Made by a program: the position numbers and the translations under genes. The notes under the pieces are model-generated. The model saw only the letters and a program-made list of their open reading frames with translations. It made no database searches and was not told the DNA's origin. A stretch of DNA of 64,000 nt from Syntrophorhabdaceae bacterium. GTDB taxonomy: Bacteria; Desulfobacterota; Syntrophorhabdia; Syntrophorhabdales; Syntrophorhabdaceae. Every line of letters starts with the position of its first letter. Position 1 is the first letter of the stretch. Shown here one piece after another: positions 54,280 through 64,000 of this stretch. The DNA lies in assembly GCA_963666485.2 (NCBI GenBank), contig CAXXUO010000001.1, forward strand, positions 896,001-960,000. The letters are read 5' to 3'.

Positions 54280-54993
54280 ATGAATGCTCATGATACTTCG
54301 GGTGCAAACCATGTGCGCGGCAGGCTTCAGAAAGCTGTTTTTCTGCGGCCCGCCTTTCTTGCGCTTTCCATCATCCTCGCGGCATTCATCGCCTCCTCTT
54401 TATCCTGCTCCTCCAGCAACAAGGCACAGTCGGGGAGCCAGGACGCGGGCTCACAGCCGGCACCCCAGCCTGCCCCGATAGCAAAAAGCGGGCCTCAGCC
54501 GGAGCAGAATGAAAAACTTGCGAACCTCGGGATCAACCCTTCCCGGCCTTATGCGGCAAAGGCGATCCAGATCCAGTACCGCGCAGACGAAAATCTCAAC
54601 CGGTACGAGGACAAGCCTCACACCCTCATGCTCGTTGTCTACCAGGTAACCGATATGAAATGGTTCAACAGTAATATAAAGGATGCCGCAGGCCTTGCCA
54701 CCCTGCTTGCCGCAGAAAAACCGGACCAGAGCGTGCTCTCCGTCGACCGGTTCTTTATCGAGCCGGGCGAGGTGAACCAGGTCGAGCTTGACCGCTATGA
54801 GAACGCAAAATGGGTGAGCATCGTCGCCGGGTATTACGATCTCACGCCCGGCCAGGTGACCCGCAGCTGGGAGCTGCCGGTCCTTATAGAAACGAAAGGG
54901 ACTTTTTTCAAGACAAACCAGGCCAGGATGGGACTTCTCGGTATGAACCTTTATTTTGGCCCGAGCAGCATACAGGAGGTGCCGAGCCCATGA
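54280..54993 (+). CDS. tssJ: T6SS lipoprotein TssJ
   Basis: Lipobox-like LSC; ADENLNRY...HTL.LVVYQ...IVAGYY; start uncertain. Confidence 0.88.
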   Translation: MNAHDTSGANHVRGRLQKAVFLRPAFLALSIILAAFIASSLSCSSSNKAQSGSQDAGSQPAPQPAPIAKSGPQPEQNEKLANLGINPSRPYAAKAIQIQYRADENLNRYEDKPHTLMLVVYQVTDMKWFNSNIKDAAGLATLLAAEKPDQSVLSVDRFFIEPGEVNQVELDRYENAKWVSIVAGYYDLTPGQVTRSWELPVLIETKGTFFKTNQARMGLLGMNLYFGPSSIQEVPSP

Positions 54994-56363
54994 GTCAGCC
55001 GACAAGACCCGTATTCTGGTACCAGGGATTATTCCTTCAATCTCAGCATTTCCAGCAGACCGACCTCTACCACCAGTCGTCCCTCGCGCCCTTAAGGGAA
55101 TATCTCCAACCCTTTTTTTACGGGTCCTGCGGGCACACGGTCGACGAAGGGGCGCTGCGCGAGATGGTCTTTACGATCTCGGACGGTCAATTCCTGTTCC
55201 AGGACGGTACCTGGGTCAAAACCGCCGAGAATGCAGTCATCAAGGGTCGCTCGTTCAAGGACGCCTGGACCAATATGGAACGGCCGTTCAAGGTATACAT
55301 CGGCCTGCGCCGGTGGGACCGGGGCGGGAAAAATGTCCTCGATGAGTCAGCACCCGACGGGCGGGCCCGCTTCGGCGCGGAGGGGGACACCGTGAAAGAC
55401 CTTTACCAGGGCGACGCGACCGCAGACGTCAAATTCCTTCACTACCTCCTGAGGTTCTTCTGGGAAAGCGAGATACCCGACGCCGCCGATTATCACCTTA
55501 TGCCGCTCGCAATACTCACGTTCAATGGCCAGGACGTGGTGCTGTCACGCGATTTCGTCGCGCCGTCGTTGACCATTTCTTCGGCAGATGCGCTTCTCAA
55601 GGTCATGCGCAATATTAAAGAGCTTGTACTGTCACGCTGCCGCATTCTCGAAGAGTACAAAAACCCCCGGGGTTTTCAGACCGCAGACCTGCAGGCAGCA
55701 TACCTCAATTTCTTCCTTGCCCTGAACACGCTGAACCGGTACGTCCCGCTCTTCGAACATTTTACCGAGGTTTCCACCATTCATCCCTGGACCGGGTATG
55801 GCCTCTTGCGGCAATTTGCCGGGGAACTGTCGTCGTTCACCGACCGCGTCGATGCTTTAGGAAGGCTCACGAACGGCACGGAGCTCGTCCCCCGGTATGA
55901 TCACGAGAACCTGAATTATTGCTATTCCCAGGTCGAGCTCCTTATCGAGGAGATCATAGCGTCGATGATCCTGGGAATGGAGAACATTATCCACTTCACG
56001 AGACAGGAGAATTATTTCCGGGGCCGCATACCCGGGGAGCTCCTCGACAGCCGGAACGTTTTTTACTTCATTATCAAATCTGCCGGTGATCAGCAGCAAA
56101 TAATCGATATGGTGCACCATATAGTAAAGGCGGGCTCCGAGGAGGATGTCCCCACCCTGATCACGCGTGCGTTGCCGGGAATCCCGCTTATACTGCGGCT
56201 GGATACGCCCCCCGGCCTGCCAAAAAAACCGGACATGCTCTGCTTCGAAATAGACCGGACGAACCGTTACTGGCACGACATTCTCAAGAACGGCATGATG
56301 GCCGTGTACTGGCCGGATGCCCCCGAGGACACGGCGATAGAACTCGCCATCCTCAAACCATGA
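54990..56363 (+). CDS. tssK: T6SS baseplate TssK
   Basis: VFWYQGLFLQSQHFQQ, HPW.GY..LRQ, YDHENL, RALPGI.L. Confidence 0.95.
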   Translation: MSQPTRPVFWYQGLFLQSQHFQQTDLYHQSSLAPLREYLQPFFYGSCGHTVDEGALREMVFTISDGQFLFQDGTWVKTAENAVIKGRSFKDAWTNMERPFKVYIGLRRWDRGGKNVLDESAPDGRARFGAEGDTVKDLYQGDATADVKFLHYLLRFFWESEIPDAADYHLMPLAILTFNGQDVVLSRDFVAPSLTISSADALLKVMRNIKELVLSRCRILEEYKNPRGFQTADLQAAYLNFFLALNTLNRYVPLFEHFTEVSTIHPWTGYGLLRQFAGELSSFTDRVDALGRLTNGTELVPRYDHENLNYCYSQVELLIEEIIASMILGMENIIHFTRQENYFRGRIPGELLDSRNVFYFIIKSAGDQQQIIDMVHHIVKAGSEEDVPTLITRALPGIPLILRLDTPPGLPKKPDMLCFEIDRTNRYWHDILKNGMMAVYWPDAPEDTAIELAILKP

Positions 56364-56373
56364 TGCGGGGAAT

Positions 56374-57027
56374 ATGAAACTCATCGACTGCTTCTCGGAA
56401 CTTTTGGCCTATACCGTATATATCGCCGGTAAGGGTTCAACGGCCGACCACACCTATGATGAGGCAAACGCCCGCTATGAGGACCTCTTGGGCCGCGCAG
56501 GCAGTTTGAGGTCGAGGCTCGAAGTGCCCGACAGGGATTGGGACGAAGCGAAGTTCGCCGTTTCGGCTTATATAGACGAGATGATCCTGTGCAGTGCGTG
56601 GGCCGGGAAAGATGCATGGCAGGTCAACCAGCTGCAGCATCGTTTCTTTAATACCACGAATGCGGGGGCCGAGTTCTTCGAGCACCTGGCCGGTCTCGAC
56701 CCCGGCAGGGAAGACGTTCGCGAGGTTTACGACTGGTGCCTCGCAATGGGCTTCAAAGGGACATACTTCAGGACCGAGGATTCAACGGACCTCGAAGAGA
56801 TCACGAAACAGAACCAGTCTCTGATGAGACAGCGCGCCAACGGACGGGACGACCTCTTCATGTTCCCGGAAGCGTACGGGGCGGACCGCAAGGAGGGGCG
56901 AAAAGGCATCTCCGGGTTGTTCCTGTACGTGGCAATAACCGGGCTTATACCGCTCATCATATTTTTTGGCCTCTATTATTTTTACAGCAACATACTCAAT
57001 GGCATCCTCGCCATGTATTTCCAGTAG
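56374..57027 (+). CDS. tssL: T6SS TssL (DotU)
   Basis: FAVSAYIDE, LQHRFF.TTNAGAEFFE, CLAMGFKG.Y, C-terminal TM helix. Confidence 0.94.
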   Translation: MKLIDCFSELLAYTVYIAGKGSTADHTYDEANARYEDLLGRAGSLRSRLEVPDRDWDEAKFAVSAYIDEMILCSAWAGKDAWQVNQLQHRFFNTTNAGAEFFEHLAGLDPGREDVREVYDWCLAMGFKGTYFRTEDSTDLEEITKQNQSLMRQRANGRDDLFMFPEAYGADRKEGRKGISGLFLYVAITGLIPLIIFFGLYYFYSNILNGILAMYFQ

Positions 57028-57057
57028 CGGGGGCCATAGGGACTTGAGTTAAAGATC

Positions 57058-60000
57058 ATGCTGAAGAAGATACTGAAAATACTGCTTGTTGTTCTCATCC
57101 TCGCGGCCCTGGCCGCCGCCGACATCTGGTTCGTTCTCAGGAACGATTACCCGCTCTGGGTCGCCGGGGCGATATTTGCCGGCATAATCGGCATTCTTGT
57201 CGGTATCCTTTTCTTGCGGAAATATCTCCTGCGCCGCAGGGAAAAGAAGTTTGTCGAGCGCGTTGTCCAGCTCGACGAAAGCGTGATCAAGGGTGCCCCG
57301 CTTCACGAGCGGCGGGAACTGCAGGACCTCCAGGACAACTGGAAGGAGTCGATCGGACTTCTCAAGAGATCGACGCTCAAGAAGCGCGGAAATCCCCTGT
57401 ACGCCCTGCCGTGGTTCCTCGTTATCGGGGAATCGGGCTCGGGCAAGACCACCGCGATCAGGAATTCCCGGCTTGAATCCCCTGTCGCGTATCCCGACAA
57501 GGCCGCCACCATATCGGCGACCCTCAATGTTGACTGGTGGTTTTTCGAAAACTCAATAGTCCTCGACACCGCCGGGCGCTACACGATACCCCTCGACGAG
57601 GTCCCCGACAAAGAGGAATGGGAACGCTTCCTCTCCCTGCTGTCGAAGTACCGGCGCCGGGAACCGATCAACGGCGTCATAGCCACGATATCGGCGGACA
57701 AGCTCCTCGCAACCGACCGGAACGCCCTCAGGGAAGACGGCCAGAACATGCGCAAGAGGATAGACCAGCTCATGCGTGTCGTCGGGGCCCGCTTTCCCGT
57801 CTATATTCTCGTTACAAAGATGGACAAGGTCTACGGGTTCAACGAGATATTTGGTGAATTAAGCCCCGAGGACACGACCCAGGCCATGGGCTACCTGAAC
57901 AGGAACACCAGGGCCCACTGGGACATGTTTCTTGACGATGCCTTCGAAAGCGTGTCGGAACGCATAGGAGAGATGGTCTTAAAGATTGTAAGGGGCCGGC
58001 AGGTCTTGAAGCCGGGCATGATCGTTTTCCGCGAAGAATTCTTGAGGCTCAAATCGGGCCTTGTCGATCTCATGCGGTCGGTCTTCGGGGACAACCCGTA
58101 CCAGGAGACACCCCTTCTGCGCGGCGTGTTCTTCTCGAGCGGCAAGCAGGAGGGCGCGCCGTTATCGGAATTTCTCGAGCATGCCGGGTTCGCCCCGGAG
58201 GCTGCGGCAGCGGTGGCTGTCGAAAAAGGCATGTTCCTCAGGGACATTTTTTCCCGGGTCCTTCCCGGCGACAGGTCCCTGTATACCCATACCCACGATT
58301 TCTTGCGGTGGCGCCGCGTCACGCGCAGCCTCGGTTTTACATCGTGGCTTCTTCTTTGTGCGGCCCTGATCGGGCTCCTCACGTTCTCGTTCGCCCACAA
58401 CCTGCACACCCTGCGGGATTTTACCGATGTTTTCCGGAGGCTGCCGTCGCTGCCCGGCGAGACGTCCACAAACCTGCTCACGATCGAAAAGTACCGGCTG
58501 GAGATCGAAGAACTGGAAAGGAACAACTCCCGCTGGTTCTTCCCCGGCTTCGCCCTTAACCAGTCACGTATTGCTGAAAAAAGGGCGAAGGAATATTTCT
58601 CCACATTCGTCAACAAGGGGTTTCTCTGGAATTTTGATAAAGGTCTGTCGGCCAACCTCGACAAGGTCGATCCGGATACGGACCCGGACAAGATCGCCGT
58701 GTACGCAGACTATATCGTTTTGCGGCTCAGCCTCGTCAGCGGCCTTGTCGACAAGGGTAAACTGCCCGACGTAAAGGATTTCGGCAAGGCCTCCGCCGAG
58801 GCCATTGACCTCTACTACCACACCCTCCCGTTCGAGGCGGCTCAGCTATTCGGGAACATTTACAGGGACTATCTCAGGTGGCACACGAACAAAGCCGAGC
58901 TTCAGCGCAGCAGGGAATTGCTCGAGGCGGCGCTCATCACCCTGGTCATGCGCCACAAATCCCTCGACTGGCTTGTCCGCAAGTCGATACCCGATGCCCC
59001 TGACGTGAAGCTGGCCGAGTTCTGGGGAACCGCAGAGGTGGGCGAGCATGACGATGCGGTCATGGTCCCGGGATGCTACACGAAGACGGGCCAGAAACAT
59101 GTATCCGATTTTCTCAGCAATCTCCTCAAAAACGCCAGGCTTGCGAAATCCCTCGAAACACTGGTGCCTTCGTTCTGGGCATGGTACCAGGACGAATACT
59201 ACAAGGCGTGGTTCGACTTTGCCGCCAACTTTCATAAAGGGGCCGATGCATTCCAGACGGAGACCGCGCGCCGGAACATGGCATCGCTGATGGCGACCGA
59301 CCACAACCCGTACTGGAAGCTTATCCTCCGCTTAAGTACCGAGACCGTACAGTCTGACCCGAAGGCGCAGCCCCCGAAATGGACAGGGCTTCCGGCTGAG
59401 CTTGTCAATATAGAAAGATTGTCAGATGCAGGGGATGTCAAGGATAAAAAGAGCGAGACCGTAAGGAGCAGAATAACGCGGGAGATCAAAAAGGTCGAGA
59501 CCAAAGGGCAGCAGCAGATCCAGAAGGCCGATCCGCGCACAAGGAAGATCTCGGAGCAGCGCCCGTCCCGCGCGAAGGTATATACCGAGTACATGAAAGA
59601 CTTAACGCAGCTTGCCCCTATCGCATCATCGGGTGATACCGCGTTTCGCATGGTGTCCGACCTTTTTTCCGGCCAGGCCGCCCTCGCGGAGGACAAATCG
59701 CCGTTCAACCTGGCCTACACCCAGTATCTCGCCCTCGAGAACATGATGAAGGAAGATGATTACGGCAACGCCGAGATCATATGGTCTTTGGTCGGCGGCC
59801 CGCTCAACTATCTCATCGATTACGGTGTCGGGAAAACATCATGCTCGCTGCAAGACAGGTGGGAAGGCGACGTCGTCAATAAAATGGACGGCGTGCCCAA
59901 AGAAAAGACGTTGAAGGCCCTGTTCGACAAGACCGACGGGGTCGTTATCAAGTACCGGGAAACAACGGCAAAACCTTTCCTTTCCGAGGCAAAGCTCGGA

Positions 60001-60555
60001 TACGCCCCGCGGGTCGCATACCAGAATACGATCTTCGCGCGTTCGGTCCCGTTCAAACCGGATTTCCTGAAATTCATCAATGCTATCCCGACAGCGCCGG
60101 TCGAGTTCCAGTCGGACCATCTCGTTTCAATGTCGACCATTCCGATCGAGGTCAACGCGGACGCAACGGTGAGGCCGACGGGCAATACACTGTCTTTGCA
60201 ATGCTCGGACGGGACGGCAATGTTAAGGAACTACAACTATCCCGATTCAAAGTCCTTCCTGTGGTCGCCGGAAAAGTGCGGGGACACGGTGCTCAAGATC
60301 ACTTTCCCCGAATTTACCCTGACAAAGATATACAAAGGCAAGACTGCCTTCGCCACGTTCTTGACCGAATTCTCCTCGGGCGCAAAAACATTCAAGGCGG
60401 CGGATTTCCCGGACAAGAAGGAAGGGCTCTCGAAGGCAGGCATCAAGTGGATCAAGGTGCGGTATAAGATCGACAACGCACAGCCCGTGATAACGGGCTT
60501 GAGCAAGAGCTCCAAAAAGGCGCCGTCCGTTGTCACGGAATGCACGTTCAAATAG
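57058..60555 (+). CDS. tssM: T6SS membrane subunit TssM (IcmF)
   Basis: LYALPWFLVIGESGSGKTT, DWWFF, LDTAGRY, PINGV, FPVY..VTK.D, LRGVFFSS. Confidence 0.95.
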   Translation: MLKKILKILLVVLILAALAAADIWFVLRNDYPLWVAGAIFAGIIGILVGILFLRKYLLRRREKKFVERVVQLDESVIKGAPLHERRELQDLQDNWKESIGLLKRSTLKKRGNPLYALPWFLVIGESGSGKTTAIRNSRLESPVAYPDKAATISATLNVDWWFFENSIVLDTAGRYTIPLDEVPDKEEWERFLSLLSKYRRREPINGVIATISADKLLATDRNALREDGQNMRKRIDQLMRVVGARFPVYILVTKMDKVYGFNEIFGELSPEDTTQAMGYLNRNTRAHWDMFLDDAFESVSERIGEMVLKIVRGRQVLKPGMIVFREEFLRLKSGLVDLMRSVFGDNPYQETPLLRGVFFSSGKQEGAPLSEFLEHAGFAPEAAAAVAVEKGMFLRDIFSRVLPGDRSLYTHTHDFLRWRRVTRSLGFTSWLLLCAALIGLLTFSFAHNLHTLRDFTDVFRRLPSLPGETSTNLLTIEKYRLEIEELERNNSRWFFPGFALNQSRIAEKRAKEYFSTFVNKGFLWNFDKGLSANLDKVDPDTDPDKIAVYADYIVLRLSLVSGLVDKGKLPDVKDFGKASAEAIDLYYHTLPFEAAQLFGNIYRDYLRWHTNKAELQRSRELLEAALITLVMRHKSLDWLVRKSIPDAPDVKLAEFWGTAEVGEHDDAVMVPGCYTKTGQKHVSDFLSNLLKNARLAKSLETLVPSFWAWYQDEYYKAWFDFAANFHKGADAFQTETARRNMASLMATDHNPYWKLILRLSTETVQSDPKAQPPKWTGLPAELVNIERLSDAGDVKDKKSETVRSRITREIKKVETKGQQQIQKADPRTRKISEQRPSRAKVYTEYMKDLTQLAPIASSGDTAFRMVSDLFSGQAALAEDKSPFNLAYTQYLALENMMKEDDYGNAEIIWSLVGGPLNYLIDYGVGKTSCSLQDRWEGDVVNKMDGVPKEKTLKALFDKTDGVVIKYRETTAKPFLSEAKLGYAPRVAYQNTIFARSVPFKPDFLKFINAIPTAPVEFQSDHLVSMSTIPIEVNADATVRPTGNTLSLQCSDGTAMLRNYNYPDSKSFLWSPEKCGDTVLKITFPEFTLTKIYKGKTAFATFLTEFSSGAKTFKAADFPDKKEGLSKAGIKWIKVRYKIDNAQPVITGLSKSSKKAPSVVTECTFK

Positions 60556-60577
60556 GCGGCCCCGAAAAGGTTAAAGG

Positions 60578-62143
60578 ATGGACATCACTCAATTAGGAGC
60601 GGCCCCGATACCCGGAAGCAAACCCGCGGGCACGGATATACGCTCTGAGGAGCAGTTCGAAAAACTATCCGCCGAGATAGACAGGATGTCATCGCCCTCC
60701 GCATCGGGGGGCATCGATTGGAAAAAGGTCCTCGATCTCTCGGCGGATATACTCGCCAATTATTCAAAAGACCTGCTCGTCGCAAGCTATCTTTCCATCG
60801 CCCTCATCAAGAACAACGGGCTGAAGGGGTTCGCGTCCGGGGTCCACGTCTGGCGCGACATGCTCACGACATACTGGGAAGATCTTTTTCCCACAAAAAA
60901 GCGCATGCGCGGACGCCTGAACGCAATAGACTGGTGGATCCAGAAGACATCCGAGCAGATCCGCGAACTCAAGCCCGAGCAATGGAAACAGGAAGATATA
61001 GACGGGCTCTATGGAGACCTCGACGCTATCGATCGGTTCTTCAGTGAGAACGTCGACGAGGCCCCCGCCGTCGGACCGCTCATGTCGATCGTGGGCTCGG
61101 CCCTTATCCCGATCGAAGAAAAAGCTGCGGCACCTGAGGCCCCCGCGGCACCCGCACCTGTGCCGCCTGCAGATGCTAAACCGGCACCCGCTGCACCACA
61201 GGCGGCACCGGCGGCTCAGAGGCCTGCGCCCCCCGTTCAGCTTGTCCCGTCCGGTGACGACCCTGAGCCGCTCATAAAACATGCCCTCGACACGTTGAGG
61301 TCGGTCTCGGACCTTCTTATGCAGAAGGACCCGCCCGATGCACTCTATTTTCGCATAAACAGGACCATATCGTGGACGACGATAGCGGGGCCGCCTCCCA
61401 GCCATGGCGGCAGGACTATGATGGAACCTCCGGAAGAGGAGATACGCGACCTGCTCAAGAATATGCACGAGGCGGCCAGCTGGAAAGACCTCCTCGCCGC
61501 GTGCGAGTCGCGCATAACCCAGTACCTCTTCTGGATCGACCTGTCACGCTATATATGCGAGGCGCTCGGACATTTGGGGCACAAGGCCATAGCCAGGGAG
61601 ATCGAAGGGCTCACGAGCGTCTATGTCGATCGGCTCTCCGGGATCGAGAAGCTCACCTTCGCCGACGGGACCCCGCTGGCGGACCAGGCGACGCGGCAGT
61701 GGCTCGCCGACATCCGCAAAGAGCAGGGGGACTCTTCTGCACAGGCCGGGGACGCGATCGTGGCCCGGATAGAGGCCGACATGGCTGCCGCAAAATCGCT
61801 CGCCGATTCGGGGAACATTGCGGGCGCAGTGGGGCAGCTTCGCGATGCCCTGACGCGGGCGCCGTCGGTGCGCGAAAGATTTATACGGCAGGTGAGGTTT
61901 TGCCGGTTCCTCCGGGAAAACAACCAGAACAAGCTTGCCTGGCCGTATTTTCGTGAGATAGTCGCGATCATAGACACGTATCACCTGAATGACTGGGAAC
62001 CGGCGCTTGCAGCCGAGGCATATGACATTATTCTTGCCGGGCTGACATCGGCCGACGGCAACGGCGAGTTCAAAGACTTAGGCCACGATATATTCCGGCG
62101 CTTGAGCCTCCTTGACCCGGTCAAAGCGATGGAGTACGCGTAG
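60578..62143 (+). CDS. tssA: T6SS TssA (ImpA-N + VasJ-type)
   Basis: PIPG..PAG.D, SKDLLVASY, W..LFP...R, Pro/Ala linker, FWIDL, LTFADGTPLAD..T..WL. Confidence 0.93.
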   Translation: MDITQLGAAPIPGSKPAGTDIRSEEQFEKLSAEIDRMSSPSASGGIDWKKVLDLSADILANYSKDLLVASYLSIALIKNNGLKGFASGVHVWRDMLTTYWEDLFPTKKRMRGRLNAIDWWIQKTSEQIRELKPEQWKQEDIDGLYGDLDAIDRFFSENVDEAPAVGPLMSIVGSALIPIEEKAAAPEAPAAPAPVPPADAKPAPAAPQAAPAAQRPAPPVQLVPSGDDPEPLIKHALDTLRSVSDLLMQKDPPDALYFRINRTISWTTIAGPPPSHGGRTMMEPPEEEIRDLLKNMHEAASWKDLLAACESRITQYLFWIDLSRYICEALGHLGHKAIAREIEGLTSVYVDRLSGIEKLTFADGTPLADQATRQWLADIRKEQGDSSAQAGDAIVARIEADMAAAKSLADSGNIAGAVGQLRDALTRAPSVRERFIRQVRFCRFLRENNQNKLAWPYFREIVAIIDTYHLNDWEPALAAEAYDIILAGLTSADGNGEFKDLGHDIFRRLSLLDPVKAMEYA

Positions 62144-62275
62144 CTATAAAATTTTTGCCGGTTTGTGTTACTTTTGTTTTTATTTGCAGTGATTTGACAT
62201 ATAATTGTCGAATCGGGGTGTGTGGATCCCAATTTATTGTGTAAAAATTCTGATCCTGGCAAAGGAGGGTGAAAT

Positions 62276-62761
62276 ATGGCAAAGGAAGGTTCCGTTGCAC
62301 CAAAAGAACGCGTCAATATCATTTACCGGCCGGCAACAGGCGATGCGAAAGAAGAGATCGAGCTTCCACTGAAGGTCCTCGTTATGGGCGATTTCACACT
62401 CCAGCAGGATTCTCGGAGCGTTGAGGACCGCCAGCCTGTCAATATCGACAAGGACAACTTCAACGATGTCCTCTCGGCCCACAACGTGCGCCTCGAGACG
62501 GTCGTCGAGAACAAGCTGTCCGACGAGCCCGATGCACAGATGAGCCTCAATCTCGATTTCAAGAAGATGAAGGACTTCGAGCCGGACACGATAATCCAGA
62601 AGGTGCCGGAGCTCAAAAAGCTCATGGAGCTCAGGGACGCACTCAAGGCCCTCAAGGGACCACTCGGGAATATCCCTGAATTCAGAAAGAAGATACAGGA
62701 CATCGTCAAAGACGAAGAGGTCAAGGCGCGCCTTTTAAAAGAACTCGGGATAGAAGGATAG
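62276..62761 (+). CDS. tssB: T6SS sheath small subunit TssB
   Basis: SVAPKERVNI.Y, ELPLKVLVMGDF, DF.P..I...VPEL. Confidence 0.97.
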   Translation: MAKEGSVAPKERVNIIYRPATGDAKEEIELPLKVLVMGDFTLQQDSRSVEDRQPVNIDKDNFNDVLSAHNVRLETVVENKLSDEPDAQMSLNLDFKKMKDFEPDTIIQKVPELKKLMELRDALKALKGPLGNIPEFRKKIQDIVKDEEVKARLLKELGIEG

Positions 62762-62771
62762 GGGGTGGAAA

Positions 62772-64000
62772 TTGGCTGAAGAACAGAAAGAAAAAAAGGT
62801 GCAGCAGGCCGAGGGGCAAACCTCGCTTCTCGACGAGATCGTTGCCGCAACCCGCCTGAAACCAACTGAAGAGGCGTATTCGATCACGAAGCAGGGGCTT
62901 CAGGCATTCATCGACGAAATGCTCAAGCCCGGAAAAGAGGTCCGTGTAACCGCATCCGCGGTCGATGAGATGATCGCCAACCTTGACCAGAAATTGTCAA
63001 GCCAGGTGGACGTGATCCTCCATAACAAGGAATTCCAGCAGCTGGAATCCGCCTGGACATCCCTGAAATTTCTTGTCGACCGGACGGATTTCCGGGAAAA
63101 TATCAAGGTCGAGGTCATGAACGTCAACAAGACGGACCTTCTCGATGATTTCGAGGACGCGCCGGAGATAACGAAGAGCGGCCTTTATAAACTCGCGTAT
63201 ACCCAGGAATACGGCCAGTTTGGCGGCAAACCGTACGGGTTGATGGTCGGCAATTACGAGTTCGGCCCGTCCGCCCCCGATATCAAGCTCCTCCAGAACC
63301 TTGCGAGCGTCGCCACGATGTCGCACGCACCGTTCGTGGCCGCTGCGGGGGCGCAGTTCTTCGGGATAGACAGCTTCACGGGCCTTCCGAACCTGAAAGA
63401 CCTCAAGTCCATCTTCGAGATGCCCCAGTACATCAAGTGGCAGTCGTTCCGGGAATCCGAGGACTCACGTAATGTCGCCCTTGCACTGCCCCATTTTCTC
63501 CTCAGGATACCGTACGGCCCCGACACAAAACCTGTGAAAAGCTTCAATTACAAAGAAGAAACGTCCGGCGGCGACGGCAGTTTCCTCTGGGGCAATGCCG
63601 CATTCGCATTCGCATCGAGGATAACCGACAGCTTTGCAAAGTACAGGTGGTGTGCGAATATAATCGGCCCGCAAGGCGGCGGAGCGGTCGAAGACCTTCC
63701 CGTCTACCAGTATGAGGCCATGGGAGAGCTCCAGACAAAGATCCCGACGGAAGTGCTCATCTCCGAGCGCAGGGAATTCGAGCTGGCCGAAGAAGGCTTC
63801 ATGGCCCTCACCATGAGAAAGGGAAGCGACAACGCGGCATTTTTCTCCGCGAACTCGACCCAGAAGCCGAAGGTGTTCGCCAATACCCCGGAGGGCAAAC
63901 AGGCAGAGCTCAACTACAAGCTCGGCACGCAGCTGCCGTACACGTTCATCGTCAGCCGCCTCGCCCATTACATCAAGGTCATTCAGCGTGAGAACATCGG
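62772..64000 (+). CDS. tssC: T6SS sheath large subunit TssC (runs off the right edge)
   Basis: Not in the ORF track. From TTG 62772: MAEEQKEKK...LSSQVDVILHNKEFQQLESAWTSLKFLVDRTDFRENIK...EYGQFGGKPYG...LWGNAAF...TQLPYTFIVSRLAHYIKV. Confidence 0.96.
   Translation, partial: MAEEQKEKKVQQAEGQTSLLDEIVAATRLKPTEEAYSITKQGLQAFIDEMLKPGKEVRVTASAVDEMIANLDQKLSSQVDVILHNKEFQQLESAWTSLKFLVDRTDFRENIKVEVMNVNKTDLLDDFEDAPEITKSGLYKLAYTQEYGQFGGKPYGLMVGNYEFGPSAPDIKLLQNLASVATMSHAPFVAAAGAQFFGIDSFTGLPNLKDLKSIFEMPQYIKWQSFRESEDSRNVALALPHFLLRIPYGPDTKPVKSFNYKEETSGGDGSFLWGNAAFAFASRITDSFAKYRWCANIIGPQGGGAVEDLPVYQYEAMGELQTKIPTEVLISERREFELAEEGFMALTMRKGSDNAAFFSANSTQKPKVFANTPEGKQAELNYKLGTQLPYTFIVSRLAHYIKVIQRENI

Overview
GC-rich chromosomal window from an anaerobic, probably syntrophic deltaproteobacterium (Desulfobacterota; Syntrophorhabdus-like gene content, which is inference only). 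The left end has a T6SS accessory unit (pentapeptide-repeat protein, DUF3540-like protein, truncated vgrG), small exported proteins and an exported Cys-rich thaumatin-like protein. The middle has signalling proteins, a thiolase/OB-fold pair, glycerate kinase and a GntR-controlled Liv-type ABC operon with an embedded cysteine hydrolase. It also has a 10-gene soluble HdrD-EtfBA-HdrA/A-MvhD-FdhB-like-HdrC-HdrB-HdrA operon, two duplicated acyl-CoA ligase/dehydrogenase modules with different transporters, and two paralogous PAS kinase/sigma54 activator pairs; four -24/-12 promoters are readable in this region. The right end has a T6SS core (tssJKLM-tssA-tssB-tssC, truncated). The best novelty candidate is at 36113-41162: a B12-binding RiPP-type radical SAM methyltransferase with an expanded CX14CX2C motif. 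It follows two duplicated small genes encoding signal-peptide-like, low-complexity proteins with repeated VKxG[AS]TP-type motifs, and sits opposite a divergent exported serine hydrolase. Several small repeat elements are present. No rRNA, tRNA or CRISPR array was recognised. All calls come from reading sequence motifs; no database searches were run.
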